Shown: positions 62,632 to 64,000 of the stretch, piece by piece
How positions within the stretch are numbered: position 1 is the first letter of the stretch
Layout of the letters: each line of letters starts with the position of its first letter
NCBI GenBank assembly: GCA_017577575.2
Contig: PKRG02000004.1
Location: forward strand, 28,742-92,741
DNA: 64,000 nt
From: Acidimicrobiia bacterium
Lineage (GTDB): Bacteria; Actinomycetota; Acidimicrobiia; Spongiisociales; ZC4RG35
Direction of reading: 5' to 3'
Made by a program: the position numbers and the translations under genes
Notes under the pieces: generated by a model
The model's input: the letters and a program-made list of their open reading frames with translations, nothing else
What the model was told of the DNA's origin: nothing
The model's database searches: none

Positions 62632-64000
62632 GGCCGCTGGGGCTGCGCGGCCGGCTCGTCGCCACGCTGACCGCCGTCGTCGCCCTCGCCGTCGTGGTGG
62701 TGGGGGTCACCTCCGTCTTCCTGGTCGACCGCTCCCTGCGCAGCCGGCTCGCAGAAGAGGTCATCGCCACCACCGAGTTCAACCTGACGGTGCTGCTGCC
62801 CGCCGCCGGGATCGGCGACCCGGCCGACCCGCAGGCCCTCGAGGCCGCCGGGGTCATCGACCGGTTCCTCCGCCGGGGCACCGCCGGCGCCTGGGTCGAG
62901 TTCGAGGACGGCTCCCGCGTCAGCGGTGGGCTGGCGCCGGTCCAGACCTCCCCGGAGCTGGCCGAGATCGCCCGGCGGGGCGAGATCGCCTACGAGTTCG
63001 TGGACGCCGGGGGCGACCAGGTCGTCGTGTCGGCGGCGCGGCTCCCCCCGTCGGGGCCCTTGTTCTACTTCGTGACCCCGGCCCAGGTGCTCGCCGACAC
63101 CACCCGCCAGCTGATCGCGGTGGTGTCCCTGGCGGGCGCAGCCGCCGTGGTCGTCGGGGCCGCGGCGGGAGCGGCCGCCGCCCGGCGCATCCTCCGGCCC
63201 GTGGCGGCAGCCAGGGACGCGGCCGGGCGGATGGCGAGCGGCGACCTGGGGGTCCGCCTGCCCGCCGAGCGCGACGACGAGCTGGGGCGACTGTCGGCGT
63301 CGTTCAACCACATGGCGGAGTCCCTGCAGGCGACGATCGAGGAGCTGGACGCCGCCCGGGCCCGGGAACGCCGCTTCGTGGCCGACGTGTCCCACGAGCT
63401 GAGGACCCCCCTCACCGGCCTGGTGAACGAGGCGCAGATGCTGAGCCGCCGCCTGCAGACGGGAAACGAGGTCACCGACGACGTGCGCACCCTCGCTTCG
63501 CTGCTGGACTCCGACGTGGCCCGCCTCCGCCACCTGGTGGAGGACCTGCTCGAGATCTCGCGTCTCGACAGCGACGGCGAGCCGTCCCGGCCCACGCCCA
63601 CCGATGTGAAGGCGTTGGTCTCCGCCCTCATCGCCGAGCGGCACCCGGAGGCGACCTTCGAATCCGACATCTCGGCGCCGGTGACGGTCGACGGGCGGGC
63701 ATTGGAACGGATAGTGGCCAACCTGTTGGACAACGCCCGGTTGCACGCCCCGGGCGCCGAGACGACCGTCACGGCTCGCCTCGACGGCGGCTGGCTCGAG
63801 ATCGTCGTCGCCGACCGCGGGCCCGGCGTCCCCGCCGAGGCGCTGGAGACGATCTTCGAGCGCTTCACGACGGTGGACGAGGCGCGCTCTGCGGGCACGG
63901 GGCTCGGCCTGGCGATCGTCCGCCAGCACGCCACCCGGCTGGGCGGGCACGTGGAGGCGTTCAACCGGGGCGGCGGCGGCCTGGCCGTCGTGGCCCGGAT
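62628..64000 (+). CDS. Sensor histidine kinase (partial; runs off the window end)
   Basis: Not in the ORF track because there is no stop in the window. ATG 62628 overlaps the response-regulator TGA (ATGA). My translation: MRPLGLRGRLVATLTAVVALAVVVVGV..., HAMP (ASGDLGVRLPAERDDELGRLSASFNHMAESL), H-box FVADVSHELRTPL, N-box LLDNARLHAP, G-box ADRGPGVP...GTGLGLAIV. Confidence 0.9.
   Translation, partial: MRPLGLRGRLVATLTAVVALAVVVVGVTSVFLVDRSLRSRLAEEVIATTEFNLTVLLPAAGIGDPADPQALEAAGVIDRFLRRGTAGAWVEFEDGSRVSGGLAPVQTSPELAEIARRGEIAYEFVDAGGDQVVVSAARLPPSGPLFYFVTPAQVLADTTRQLIAVVSLAGAAAVVVGAAAGAAAARRILRPVAAARDAAGRMASGDLGVRLPAERDDELGRLSASFNHMAESLQATIEELDAARARERRFVADVSHELRTPLTGLVNEAQMLSRRLQTGNEVTDDVRTLASLLDSDVARLRHLVEDLLEISRLDSDGEPSRPTPTDVKALVSALIAERHPEATFESDISAPVTVDGRALERIVANLLDNARLHAPGAETTVTARLDGGWLEIVVADRGPGVPAEALETIFERFTTVDEARSAGTGLGLAIVRQHATRLGGHVEAFNRGGGGLAVVAR

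Noticed and set aside
62247-63964. 567-aa and 299-aa minus-strand ORFs opposite the response regulator and histidine kinase
   Set aside because: Arg/Pro/Ser-rich shadow frames. The plus strand encodes textbook OmpR and HK motifs.

Overview
Visibly high-GC, almost gap-free chromosomal segment with actinobacterial-type gene order. The class is uncertain and no search was run. About 75 protein genes were called by reading the six-frame track and re-translating edges and start regions by eye. The backbone is conserved housekeeping synteny: rimP (partial) / serC / fdhD / proS-ispG-rseP-dxr-cdsA-frr-pyrH-tsf-rpsB / whiG-dprA-comM ... yraN-DUF2469-lepB-rplS-trmD-(lipoprotein)-rimM-KH-rpsP-ffh ... 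ftsY-smc-(hyp)-acyP-mutM ... rnc-plsX-rpmF-yceD-coaD-rsmD-recG / rpmB ... ddl. Less universal blocks sit between these. (i) 15.0-19.2 kb: YjbR-like protein, crotonase, a secreted SLH-like/Excalibur protein, two tiny ORFs, and an ABC-2 exporter welded onto the yraN operon. (ii) 25.3-33.8 kb: TetR-ABC-ABC-ppc-Atl-like chain, then deoA and etfBA. (iii) 33.8-37.3 kb: a SipW-type signal peptidase operon with two substrates carrying an 'FSDSGS' SipW-cognate-like signal peptide, plus a membrane-anchored propeller-like protein. This is the best candidate in the window for an undescribed system. (iv) 45.3-51.8 kb: a seven-gene MoxR/DUF58/DUF4350/DUF4129/SpoIIM-like/RDD cluster of unknown function. (v) 59.9-64 kb: a 37-bp tandem repeat, a second SLH-like secreted protein, and an OmpR/HK pair (HK runs off the window). 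I recognised no rRNA, complete tRNA, CRISPR array, transposase, integrase or phage genes. Many long ORFs in the track are arginine-rich shadow frames or 5' over-extensions typical of high-GC DNA, and these were trimmed or rejected. All family assignments come from motif recognition by eye. Start codons are often ambiguous (GTG/TTG).
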